Source of the DNA: an uncultured Candidatus Saccharibacteria bacterium
GTDB taxonomy: Bacteria > Patescibacteriota > Minisyncoccia > Phycocordibacterales > UBA2100
Length of the DNA: 64,000 bases
Direction: 5' to 3'
Assembly (NCBI GenBank): GCA_964633425.1
Contig: CAZWFX010000004.1
Location: 18,517-82,516 of the forward strand
A program made the position numbers and the translations under genes. This document shows positions 12,468 through 23,025 of the stretch, piece by piece (position 1 is the first letter of the stretch; every line of letters begins with the position of its first letter). Under the pieces are notes generated by a model, which saw only the letters and a program-made list of their open reading frames with translations, was not told the DNA's origin and made no database searches.

Positions 12468-13085
12468 TTACTTGTTGATCGCCAGATTGTCGTCGATTGC
12501 GATGTTTCGTGTTTCGAGCGCGAGCTTGAGTTCGTCCTGCGTTTTCGGCATGTTTTTCGTATCGATCTTACCGACGATCTTGATCGTCACGTTCTTGCAC
12601 ATACCAAGCGCCTTTGCAGGGTTGCGCTTTTTGCCGTTCACGGACACGAGCTCTTTGTGATCCATCAAAATATCGATCGTGTTGGTGATGCGCGGGTTCA
12701 TGGCATCCCCGATAACGCGCAGACCGATCTGGTCATGTACGTACTGGCGACCACAATTAACATCGCGAGGAGAAGAGGTGGCGACAGGCACAACTTCGAT
12801 AACCGTGCCGTACGGAAGTTCGTCGGCGAGATCACGTGAACGAGCCGCGATGATGTCGGGGTTCGTATAGGCACCGATCGAAGTTCGATCCGGCGTCGAG
12901 TCCGTCTGACCGGGGAGCGCGTTGTACGCTGTCATCTTTACGGTCAGGGTCGGATATGTAGGCTCAGACGGCACTCCTTCTGAAGGGTCTATCCCGAGAG
13001 CCGAAGCTACCGGAACAAAACTCGACAAAAGAAAAGCGCCCGTCACGGCCGCTGTAACTGCTGTTGTCATGCGCTGCCAGGTCAC
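12468..13085 (-). CDS. Secreted 3D-domain protein (MltA-like, cell-wall associated)
   Basis: N-terminal signal/TM segment. MTAYNALPGQTDSTPD and VIGDAMNPRITNTIDILMD resemble 3D-domain Asp motifs. Confidence 0.7.
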   Translation of the reverse strand: MTWQRMTTAVTAAVTGAFLLSSFVPVASALGIDPSEGVPSEPTYPTLTVKMTAYNALPGQTDSTPDRTSIGAYTNPDIIAARSRDLADELPYGTVIEVVPVATSSPRDVNCGRQYVHDQIGLRVIGDAMNPRITNTIDILMDHKELVSVNGKKRNPAKALGMCKNVTIKIVGKIDTKNMPKTQDELKLALETRNIAIDDNLAINK

Positions 13086-13210
13086 CCCAGCTCCAAAACA
13101 GTAGCATTAATCAATGGTCGAGTCAATAGCAAAATATGGCTCTGTTGAGCCATATTTATGCCATTTTATTTGACTTCATGCGAAATTTCTTGTGAAATTA
13201 ACACTTTTTT

Positions 13211-13249
13211 GAGCAAAAAAAGTTGGCGCCATCCTGGTCGGATGGCGCC
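13211..13249 (-). terminator. Rho-independent terminator downstream of the SPFH gene
   Basis: Stem GGCGCCATCC / GGATGGCGCC (13225..13249), followed on the minus strand by AACTTTTTTTG. Confidence 0.7.
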
Positions 13250-13278
13250 TGTTTTGAAGGATCGTTCGGAGTTTCGGC

Positions 13279-14271
13279 CTATTTGCCGTCGACTGATGCC
13301 CGAATGGTGCTTTTCGGCGCGGTCGACTGACCTGCCGAGACCGCAACGGGCGTATTGCCGCCAAACGAGAGGACGCACCCCGACAAATTGACGCCGCAGA
13401 CGCTACGAATGGCCTCGATGCGCTTCAGGTCGACGAACTGGTCGCCCGAAAGCCCCATCGCATTCACGTACGCCATGTCGGCGCCCGCGGTTGCGATTTC
13501 TGCGGCCTTTCGCTGGTTGGCCGCCTTTTCGCGCTCAACCTGCGTCTTCTGCTCCTGCGCCTGCTCGGCGGTCCGTTCGATCGATTGCCGGACGCCCGGA
13601 GGCGGATTGGCACGACCAAGCGCGATGTTGGTCACCTTGACCATGCCGGCACCCCGCTCTTCGAGGAACTTGTTGATGTAGTTCGTCGTCGCTTCCTCGA
13701 CCTTCTTGGCGCCGTCGGACGCGAGACCGTTCTCGTCCTGCGCGTTGACGAAGACTGCGCTGTGATGGTGTCGGATCTGATCACGCAGAAACGACATGAA
13801 TTCGCCGGCCGCACCGGTCTTCTTCTCGGAATTCTGCAGCACGAGGGTCTTGAACGTCTCGATGTGATTGCCGCCGAATTTGCGGTACATCTCGGGAGCC
13901 TTCGCAGTCTCGCCGAGCTGCAGTGTGATCGACACGTCGAAATCGAGCGGCACGCGATCCTTCGACATGAAGTCGTCGGCATGCACCACGATCGATTCCG
14001 GCGAGATCTTGAGCCGTTCGAGAGCGGTCGTCGGAGCCATGTAGGCGCGCGACGGTCCGATCACGATCTCATCGGGCACACCGCCCTTGCCGAAGATCAT
14101 CGGTCGGACGGAATAGACCCCGATCTCACCCTTGTCGACGCTCGCCATGTTGAACAGTGCGAGCGCTCCGACGATCACGCCGAAGCATGCGGTGGCACCG
14201 ATTGCGAATCCGGTCCCCCATGCAAACCCGCGGGCGGGCGATGCACGATAGCCTTCGTTTGCGTAGCTCAT
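13279..14271 (-). CDS. SPFH/band-7 (prohibitin-like) domain membrane protein
   Basis: 330 aa. N-terminal TM helix, SPFH-like core (EIGVYSVRP...VPLDFDVSITLQL), then an Ala/Glu-rich coiled coil (AEQAQEQKTQVEREKAANQRKAAEIA). Confidence 0.7.
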   Translation of the reverse strand: MSYANEGYRASPARGFAWGTGFAIGATACFGVIVGALALFNMASVDKGEIGVYSVRPMIFGKGGVPDEIVIGPSRAYMAPTTALERLKISPESIVVHADDFMSKDRVPLDFDVSITLQLGETAKAPEMYRKFGGNHIETFKTLVLQNSEKKTGAAGEFMSFLRDQIRHHHSAVFVNAQDENGLASDGAKKVEEATTNYINKFLEERGAGMVKVTNIALGRANPPPGVRQSIERTAEQAQEQKTQVEREKAANQRKAAEIATAGADMAYVNAMGLSGDQFVDLKRIEAIRSVCGVNLSGCVLSFGGNTPVAVSAGQSTAPKSTIRASVDGK

Positions 14272-14352
14272 GCGAGCTTCTCTCCTTATGCCGTAGGGCT
14301 ATCCCCTACAGAACCGGACATACTATGACTCGATTTCTGGGTTTCGTCAAAC

Positions 14353-14382
14353 AAAAAACCGACCACTTCCGGTCGGTTTTTT
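14353..14382 (-). terminator. Rho-independent terminator downstream of ahcY (bidirectional in appearance)
   Basis: AAAAAACCGACC-acttc-cGGTCGGTTTTTT, with A-tract and T-tract flanks. Confidence 0.75.
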
Positions 14383-14402
14383 GGGTACCGTACACAGACT
14401 AT

Positions 14403-16535
<2,133 letters not shown>

Positions 16536-16541
16536 CCGCGC

Positions 16542-16580
16542 AAAAATCGCCGCAGGATCACATCCTGCGGCGATCGTTTT
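16542..16580. terminator. Bidirectional terminator between convergent genes
   Basis: Perfect 11-bp stem CGCCGCAGGAT / ATCCTGCGGCG (16548..16572), flanked by an A-tract and a T-tract. Confidence 0.75.
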
Positions 16581-16586
16581 ATGTAT

Positions 16587-17003
16587 TTAGCGTTCGCGAA
16601 TCTTGAATTTCGTGATCGTGTATCCCCTGCTGTCTGAACCGGTGTAGGCAAAATCTGCAACGTAGTTCATGTGGCCGTCGTCGTATCGCACGACGCCTTT
16701 GCCGCCCGAGAATTGCACATCGCGCACTTGGAACTTGCCGCCGAGTGTTTCCTGCACCGGAGAGAGTTCTGAAATATGAATGTTCATGTAGGTGGGCAGG
16801 TCCATCACGCGGTTCTTGTACGCCTCTTCCTGGCGCGCTTCATCCTGCGAGATCTCGGGCTGGAGTCCGGGCCCGGCATAGGAGCTGTCGTTGTACGTAT
16901 ACGTAAAAATCGCGGCACACGAAAGCAGTACGAGCGCTATGAATACAACGGGTCCTCGTGTCATACGAATATTGTACACCCCACGTGGCCGTTGGAATGA
17001 CAA
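16587..17003 (-). CDS. Hypothetical membrane-anchored protein
   Basis: 138-aa ORF with an N-terminal hydrophobic segment (VVFIALVLLSCAAIF). No recognisable motif. Confidence 0.5.
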   Translation of the reverse strand: MSFQRPRGVYNIRMTRGPVVFIALVLLSCAAIFTYTYNDSSYAGPGLQPEISQDEARQEEAYKNRVMDLPTYMNIHISELSPVQETLGGKFQVRDVQFSGGKGVVRYDDGHMNYVADFAYTGSDSRGYTITKFKIRER

Positions 17004-17057
17004 ATCCCGGTAAACGCGGCACTATAGCCCTGGTGCGACAACAGAAGGATCGGGGCA

Positions 17058-17543
17058 ATGGCGAAAAGGCCGAAGGCAGTAAACGTGTCGAGTAACTCCG
17101 AGGACTGGCGCGAGGCAGCGCTGAGCACATTCGTGCTGTGCATCTTTTCGGTTGATGGCGTGGTTGCGCACTCGGCCGAAGGCATGATCCAGGCGATCAA
17201 GCTCGAAGAGACCGACTCGAGGCGCGACATGGCGTTGCGTGCGCACGGCTATATCGCGAAGACCTACGGAAAATTCGCGAAGAAAAAATATATCTGGTGG
17301 AAAGGCAAACAATATCCGTTCAATTCGCCGTTCCACGCAGCGCTACTCGAGCGGATCATTCGCGCGCGGTTCATCGCCGACGGCAAAGCTCGCGAAGCGC
17401 TGCTTGCAACCGGCAATGCAATCATCACCCACAATGTAGGTGACACGCCGAAGAAGGTTTCCATGAGACGTCGGGCATTTTGCAGACTACTCATGCGTAT
17501 CCGCGCCGAGCTCCGGCGCACGGGCACAGTGCTTCCCGGTTAA
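17058..17543 (+). CDS. Hypothetical protein, possibly NADAR (DUF1768)-like
   Basis: 161 aa. HSAEGMIQAIK and RFIADGKAREALLATGNAIITH loosely resemble NADAR blocks. Weak by-eye call. Confidence 0.4.
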   Translation: MAKRPKAVNVSSNSEDWREAALSTFVLCIFSVDGVVAHSAEGMIQAIKLEETDSRRDMALRAHGYIAKTYGKFAKKKYIWWKGKQYPFNSPFHAALLERIIRARFIADGKAREALLATGNAIITHNVGDTPKKVSMRRRAFCRLLMRIRAELRRTGTVLPG

Positions 17544-17683
17544 TTGATGTACCCAATGTAAAAGGCCGCGATCGCTCGCGGCCTTTGTGTTTGAACTCCA
17601 TGCGGAGAACATTCGTTTTTGCCGCCAGCGATACCATTTGATCACGGTGTTGGTTGTGCGGCTCGCATGGTATGCGAATCGAA

Positions 17684-18406
17684 TCACCCGTGACCAAGCT
17701 CATCATTAAATCGGCGCGGCCGGGGGTTTTTGCGGTAGTTTATGTGCTCTGTAGCACTAAAGTACTCGGCAGAACCTGATGCTTTACCCCCTTCGTAGCC
17801 CGTGCTGAGATCGTGGCTACCAAGCTGCTTCGGACCTCGCTCTGAAACATTGGCGCGAAGCGCACGTTGAACAGCGGGCTGGTTGCTGCTGCGCTCCGCA
17901 CGATCGGAAAATTCCTTGTTCACCTTCCAAAACGCCTCCTGTATGTCTCCCCCGGCTTTGTAAATCTCGTATATCTTGTCGTGCTTTTCGGTCGCGTATA
18001 CACGAGTTAAAAGTTTCTCTAATTTCTTTTCTTGTTTTGCTCCCGCATTGTTTGCTTTTTCGGAGTAATACAGTGCATTCAAAAGCGCCTCTGCTTCTGC
18101 CGAGATGTCTGTAATTTCTTTGCGCGTCCCCTCGCTCACCGGCAACATATATCGCGTGAGACCGGCGTTGTTTTGATCCTGAGATTCTCGGATCTTTGTC
18201 ATCTCTTCCTTGCGGCGGACATTTTTGACTGCAAGGTCGACAAGCTTGGCTCGCGTCATGCCGGCTCGTGCCGCGATTTCATCCAGCGCATCGCCGTCCA
18301 TCTTGAGGATCTGTTCCATCGGCATAGACGGCAGCATCTGCTCCCCTTTTTTGACTTCGCGTTTCGGTGCACGCTCCATGCACAAAGTATAGCTCGCTCG
18401 TAGCAC
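17684..18406 (-). CDS. Hypothetical protein (start uncertain)
   Basis: 240-aa ORF with charged helical composition. Several alternative in-frame starts (e.g. MERAPK...). Confidence 0.5.
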   Translation of the reverse strand: MLRASYTLCMERAPKREVKKGEQMLPSMPMEQILKMDGDALDEIAARAGMTRAKLVDLAVKNVRRKEEMTKIRESQDQNNAGLTRYMLPVSEGTRKEITDISAEAEALLNALYYSEKANNAGAKQEKKLEKLLTRVYATEKHDKIYEIYKAGGDIQEAFWKVNKEFSDRAERSSNQPAVQRALRANVSERGPKQLGSHDLSTGYEGGKASGSAEYFSATEHINYRKNPRPRRFNDELGHG

Positions 18407-18437
18407 AGACTATCGGAACCCTGTTGACGCGCCTCTG

Positions 18438-18851
18438 TTAGCCGAATATATAAAACGCAATCGCCGCAGCCGAGAACCAGCTAAACACCGATACCGCACC
18501 GCTCACAAACAAGGCCTGCTTTTCGCCCGTTCCGAGTGCCGCATAGGGGCGCTCCATCGCATGATCCATGAGTCGCCCGATCAGTAGCGCATTGAGCGCA
18601 AGAATCGTCACGAACAGCATTTTGATATCGAACAAAAGGTTTCCTAGCAGAAACGCGCGCTGCGGGTAAAACAAGATGAACCCAGAAATGACGAGCGACG
18701 CGAGGCCCGCCCAGATCATCATGTGGTAGGTGCGCAGGGTTGTGTGATCGAGCGTGGTTTTGGTGCCACGAAGCCATGAGAGCGCGTCTTTGTCGGCGAT
18801 CGCTGATACGCCAAGCACAAACCCAAATGACAGTATGTGAAGCGGCACCAT
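18438..18851 (-). CDS. Integral membrane protein (about 4 TM)
   Basis: 137-aa hydrophobic ORF. Confidence 0.6.
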   Translation of the reverse strand: MVPLHILSFGFVLGVSAIADKDALSWLRGTKTTLDHTTLRTYHMMIWAGLASLVISGFILFYPQRAFLLGNLLFDIKMLFVTILALNALLIGRLMDHAMERPYAALGTGEKQALFVSGAVSVFSWFSAAAIAFYIFG

Positions 18852-18855
18852 AGCA

Positions 18856-19512
18856 TTAATTACTGAGTACGCCGATCTTCAAACTCGCGAGCTCGTTGGC
18901 CGGCCGCCTGCTTGATCCGTGCTGACCCATGTATGCGCTCGTACCGTCGACACCACAGAGCGATGTGATTGCTGCAGCCCCTCCGGGGTGACGCGAAACG
19001 AACGAGGTTAGATCGTACACATTGCCGTTGATCGCCGAGTAGCAGCTTGCTGCAGTATTGTGCGAAGCAATCTGTGCCATAGAGAATGTACCGGAAGAAG
19101 GAGTAGGTGCAGCGGGTGTAGTGGGTGCGGGCTTCGTTGTTGCAGGCTGCGGCGTGACTGTGGCTGGTGCCCCGCGCGAATCATCATCACCGTCATCGTC
19201 GCCACCTTCGTCATCGCTGTCGTTGTCGCTATCGCCCGAATATGCAGCTCGCACCTTTGCGGCTGCCTGCGACACACCAGCTGAAACGGTATTTTCCTGC
19301 GGCACAGCGGTATCGAGCGACGTTGCGGGCGCACCGGAGACGCCTGCTACATCGGAAACCGACGACTGCTCGCTTGCAGCCGCGTAATCGCCCCCGTGCG
19401 CCTGATATTTCACCTCGGCAAAACCCAAGCCAACGATGGCAAGCATGAGTAATCCGATTGTTCCAAAAAGTATGTTGTTCATATGAAGAAGACGCATCAC
19501 GATGCCCTGCAT
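18856..19512 (-). CDS. Membrane-anchored cytochrome b5-like heme/steroid-binding domain protein
   Basis: N-terminal TM helix and acidic run DSDNDSDDEGGDDDGDDD. C-terminal FSMAQIASHNTAASCYSAINGNVYDLTSFVSRHPGG matches the cyt-b5-like pattern. Confidence 0.7.
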   Translation of the reverse strand: MQGIVMRLLHMNNILFGTIGLLMLAIVGLGFAEVKYQAHGGDYAAASEQSSVSDVAGVSGAPATSLDTAVPQENTVSAGVSQAAAKVRAAYSGDSDNDSDDEGGDDDGDDDSRGAPATVTPQPATTKPAPTTPAAPTPSSGTFSMAQIASHNTAASCYSAINGNVYDLTSFVSRHPGGAAAITSLCGVDGTSAYMGQHGSSRRPANELASLKIGVLSN

Positions 19513-19579
19513 TACCGCCCTATGGGGAGCGAGATGGAAATGCGTCGCTAACGTATGTAGTACACGCGCGAATCCGCTT

Positions 19580-20191
19580 TTATTTCATGTTCCGGATACG
19601 CTGCGCCCGGTTGATGTGGTAGCGCTTCCACCATCGAAACGGATGCGGCAGCCCGATCTGCATGCAGCTGCGATTTATAAACATGATGATCGGCGACAAT
19701 CGGCGCGAGATGGCACCGGAACTGTACGGTGCTTCGCGGAGCATCTGCACCCACTCGGGCGACAGATCGTGCTCGATCGCGCCATCGATGAGTAGGTTCA
19801 TATAGCGAAGCGACGGGTGCAGCCCGTGCGAAACGTTTTTTGTGGCAAAGGTGTGTGCGAGGATCGGCCCGCTTACATCCCCTTCGACGTTTGAGGTAAC
19901 GATGTCGTAGGCGCCGTTGCCTTCCGAAATATCGAGCAGTCGCATTTCTTCGCCGGTGATCTCGTAGACAACGCCCTCTATATAGTGACCGGGTGCCTCT
20001 TCGATATTGGCAAACGACGGTTCGAGCCACGGTATTCCGGGCTGATTGAATACAAGCTTGTAGTCCTTGAGAACAGCACGCTCGATCTTTGTCGGGCGCA
20101 TCTTGCGACGACCCTGAAATACGGTCGAGTTCATATTGCTCCCGTAGCCGAAATACCAGAGCTTTTCTGTCTTTGAAAATTCTCGTCTCAT
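19580..20191 (-). CDS. Gamma-glutamylcyclotransferase (AIG2/GGCT-like) family protein
   Basis: LWYFGYGSNMNSTVFQGRR at the N-terminus is the YGSN(L/M) GGCT-like motif. Confidence 0.7.
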   Translation of the reverse strand: MRREFSKTEKLWYFGYGSNMNSTVFQGRRKMRPTKIERAVLKDYKLVFNQPGIPWLEPSFANIEEAPGHYIEGVVYEITGEEMRLLDISEGNGAYDIVTSNVEGDVSGPILAHTFATKNVSHGLHPSLRYMNLLIDGAIEHDLSPEWVQMLREAPYSSGAISRRLSPIIMFINRSCMQIGLPHPFRWWKRYHINRAQRIRNMK

Positions 20192-20230
20192 CGGTCTTTT
20201 ATACCATCTGCACTAGCGCAGGATATGTGA

Positions 20231-20770
20231 CTAAGCGGTCTTCTTTTTCGGGTAGCCCTTTTTCTCCTTCTTGGGCTTTGCCGCAGCGACCGGCGTTTCG
20301 TCGGCGACAGCTGCGTGCACCGCAGTTGCGAGCGCCGCCTTTTGCGCGGTTGATTCGATCGCGGCAATCAGGCGATCAAGTTTGGTGTTGAGGATGTCGA
20401 GCTGTTTCAAGATCGGAGCGTTGTCGCTCTTCGGGAATTCGGCGCGGGTAACCGGCGCGCTTGCGTATTCACGCTTTTGGAAGCGATCGCCAGCGCGACC
20501 CTGTGAACGAGTGTCGTCGGTCTTTACGAAGCAGTTGCGGCAAAATACCGGCTTGCCGTTGACCGGACGAAACGGTACCTCGCATGCGTCTCCGCACTTG
20601 CTGCAGGTGGCTTTGTAGAACGTGGTGGAGCGTTCGCTGCTCTCAGATCTGCGATCCGACCAATTACCCTTGCCCTTATTGGCGTAGCCCGGCTTTCCGC
20701 CAAACGACGCCTTGTGACCCCCTCCGTTAAATCGCTTGGGCCCGCCCGAGCTTCGCTTGAAATCTGCCAT
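20231..20770 (-). CDS. CxxC-x17-CxxC zinc-ribbon domain protein
   Basis: Trimmed to MADFKRSSGGPKRF. CSKCGDACEVPFRPVNGKPVFCRNC gives CxxC-x17-CxxC. Gly/Lys/Arg-rich N-terminus. Confidence 0.7.
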   Translation of the reverse strand: MADFKRSSGGPKRFNGGGHKASFGGKPGYANKGKGNWSDRRSESSERSTTFYKATCSKCGDACEVPFRPVNGKPVFCRNCFVKTDDTRSQGRAGDRFQKREYASAPVTRAEFPKSDNAPILKQLDILNTKLDRLIAAIESTAQKAALATAVHAAVADETPVAAAKPKKEKKGYPKKKTA

Positions 20771-20921
20771 ATGCGGGGAGTCTGCCACACTATTGACAGA
20801 ATAGCTAGTAAATTGCGAAATTGTCGCGTTTACCCTTTTGCGGACCGCCTGCGCCACACATTGCACGTCGCACTGCACCGTGTAGAGTTCCAGCGGAAAA
20901 CCACAGCGAGGAGTCGGCCCG

Positions 20922-21566
20922 ATGGCCAGTCGTATCGTGCAATTGAACGGAAGCTTTGCCGATCGTCATGCAGCAACTACGGCGATCACGGAAGGATTGT
21001 TTCATTTGCAAAGCGGCAGCAACTACGGCTGCTACACCAGGCGGCAGTGGTGGCCGAATATCGCCGACTGCGATGTGATCACGGTGCGCGGCAAGACGCG
21101 GGTGTTCGAACGAATGCCCGACGAGCCGCGCGACGAGTTCAGCACCGACGGCTACTGGTCGTCGGACTACGTGGTCGTGCTCGAAAAGCCCGACACGCAG
21201 CTGTTCCTGATACCGAATGCCGTACCCACGTATCCGGCAGAAGCAGCAATGGCCCGCGGATGCACCGTGATCATCGCGCTCATGATCGCGTTCTGGGCAC
21301 CGACGGTGGTGGCGCTCTTGTTTAAGCAGGGACCGTGGAGCGTTGTGTACGGGTGCGTAGTGCTTGGCGTAGTGATGCTGACATCGATGTACGAATACCG
21401 GATTCGAACTTTTTTCGCCGGTATCAAAGGCCGGTGGTACGTGTACAACGCGATCCGCGTCGGCAGAGGCACCCGCGAGCACTACAAGGAGCTCGTGGCG
21501 CATTTGTCCGAAGCGGACCACTACACGACCGCCTCTGTGAACAAACAAATTCTTCGATGGCTCTGA
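20922..21566 (+). CDS. Hypothetical membrane protein
   Basis: 214 aa with two central TM helices (CTVIIALMIAFWAPTVVALLF, VVYGCVVLGVVMLTSMY). The opposite-strand ORF 20805..21638 is Arg/His-rich and looks antisense. Confidence 0.5.
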   Translation: MASRIVQLNGSFADRHAATTAITEGLFHLQSGSNYGCYTRRQWWPNIADCDVITVRGKTRVFERMPDEPRDEFSTDGYWSSDYVVVLEKPDTQLFLIPNAVPTYPAEAAMARGCTVIIALMIAFWAPTVVALLFKQGPWSVVYGCVVLGVVMLTSMYEYRIRTFFAGIKGRWYVYNAIRVGRGTREHYKELVAHLSEADHYTTASVNKQILRWL

Positions 21567-21611
21567 GCTCCGCTCACCCATCCCCCAACAGCGCGGTTCC
21601 CCCGCGCTGTT
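21537..21611 (+). repeat. Direct repeat copy A (last 9 codons + stop of 20922..21566 plus terminator hairpin)
   Basis: 75 bp with 4 mismatches to 22254..22328. Contains the hairpin AACAGCGCG-gttcccc-CGCGCTGTT. Confidence 0.85.
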
Positions 21612-21631
21612 TGATTGATAAATCATGATGA

Positions 21632-22240
21632 ATGGCACATAGTTCGTCCATGACTGAGACTGTAGCGACGGAGCCGGAATTCATGACCGTTGCGGAAAAC
21701 CGCTTCTGGATACTGACGATCACTTCGTTCGGGCTGTATGAATTGTATTGGTTCTACAAAAACTGGAAGGCGGTCAAGCTTGCTAGTCGCCCCGATATTT
21801 GGCCGGTGGCACGCGCTTTTTTTGCAGTCTTTTTTGTACACGACCTGTTTAACCTCGTTGCTGACCTCGGGAAAAAACATGGGTATACCAACCTGGCGAA
21901 GCCGGGCACATTGGCAACGATCTACATCGTCTACCTCGTCGTATCGAATCTATGGAACAAAGCGCCACCACTCGGTGCATTGGATTTCCCGATCATGGTG
22001 ATATCTGTGCTCGCTCCGGTTTTTATTATCTGGCCGGTGCAGGCAGCAATCAACGAAATTAACGCCAGTAAGGGCACGTCACAAAAGCTGATACGACCAT
22101 ATACAGGCGGTGAGCTCACGGTCATTGTGATCGGCTCTATCCTCCTGATTTTCTCCACCCTTGGATTTCTTTTACCGGACAGCTGGCTCAACGCGCCCAC
22201 TGATGCGCCAGCAACTGAAATCACTACACCTGTCGCCTAA
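21632..22240 (+). CDS. Polytopic membrane protein, DUF4234-like N-terminus
   Basis: 202 aa. FWILTITSFGLYELYWFYKNWKAV resembles the DUF4234 signature. Bracketed by the 75-bp direct repeats. Confidence 0.55.
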   Translation: MAHSSSMTETVATEPEFMTVAENRFWILTITSFGLYELYWFYKNWKAVKLASRPDIWPVARAFFAVFFVHDLFNLVADLGKKHGYTNLAKPGTLATIYIVYLVVSNLWNKAPPLGALDFPIMVISVLAPVFIIWPVQAAINEINASKGTSQKLIRPYTGGELTVIVIGSILLIFSTLGFLLPDSWLNAPTDAPATEITTPVA

Positions 22241-22253
22241 GCGGGGCACCTCC

Positions 22254-22328
22254 GTGAATAAACAAATTCTACGATGGCTCTGAGCCCCGCTCACCCATCC
22301 CCCAACGGCGCGGTTCCCCCGCGCTGTT
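22254..22328 (+). repeat. Direct repeat copy B (orphan copy of the gene 3' end + terminator hairpin)
   Basis: Still encodes VNKQILRWL-stop, with two synonymous changes relative to copy A. Abuts the AT-rich cassette. Confidence 0.85.
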
Positions 22329-23025
22329 ACATTAAAAATTCCTCAATTTTATCAATGAGGTATCCGAGGTGCCGCACGCGTGAGTTTAATGACATGTATA
22401 CAGCAGCGTAATCAAGTGTTTCGATAGTCCGCAATGCATTTTTTGCGCGCTTTGTGTATTCGTCACCTGCGATTTGATATATATCGTGCAGTGTAGCAGC
22501 GGCTAATGGTATTGATTCCACGTCGTGGGTTGTGACATCAATCCCAGTGGCGGCGCGAATTGTATGTGGCGTTAGTGAAGAATGAATCTTCGCAAAATGG
22601 CTATGCTCCGCAATGAACCACGCTTCCACTTCCATTACAGATATGAGGATTTCGGGCGAAACTGTCTTTGTTGGCACATATTTGCGAGATGCCAGTTTCA
22701 CTTTGTTTAGATCTCTTAAGGCGTGCGGATGTAGGTCGCGTAAACCGAGAATCATTGCAAACTCAGCTTTTACGAGAGATTCGTGCTGATCAATTATCTC
22801 GGACTGCACTCGACTATCGCCGCCGCAGTCTGAGATCAAGGCAAAGTATTTTTGGGTTGAAATTTTGGACTTAGCAGTTATGACAAACGTCGATGCACCG
22901 CTCTTCTTACCAATAAATTTCTTTGTCTCAATTGCTATATTATGCTGTCCAGCAATTTCCAGAAGTAACTTCTCAATAAAGAGTTGCTCAGTTTGTCCCT
23001 CAACAAAAAAAGCGAGCTTTTTCAT
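22327..23025 (-). CDS. DUF4276/Toprim-like protein (RloB/AriB-like candidate nuclease)
   Basis: ORF trimmed to the ATG at 23025 (ATGA overlap with the ATPase stop). Starts MKKLAFFVEGQTEQLFIEKLL; later VMEVEAWF. AT-rich codons. Confidence 0.6.
   Translation of the reverse strand: MKKLAFFVEGQTEQLFIEKLLLEIAGQHNIAIETKKFIGKKSGASTFVITAKSKISTQKYFALISDCGGDSRVQSEIIDQHESLVKAEFAMILGLRDLHPHALRDLNKVKLASRKYVPTKTVSPEILISVMEVEAWFIAEHSHFAKIHSSLTPHTIRAATGIDVTTHDVESIPLAAATLHDIYQIAGDEYTKRAKNALRTIETLDYAAVYMSLNSRVRHLGYLIDKIEEFLM

Noticed and set aside
20805-21638. 277-aa minus-strand ORF overlapping 20922..21566
   Set aside because: Arg/His/Ala-rich low-complexity translation. The plus-strand frame gives a protein with two clean TM helices, and its C-terminal codons are preserved synonymously in the downstream repeat. 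The plus-strand call is still only moderate confidence.
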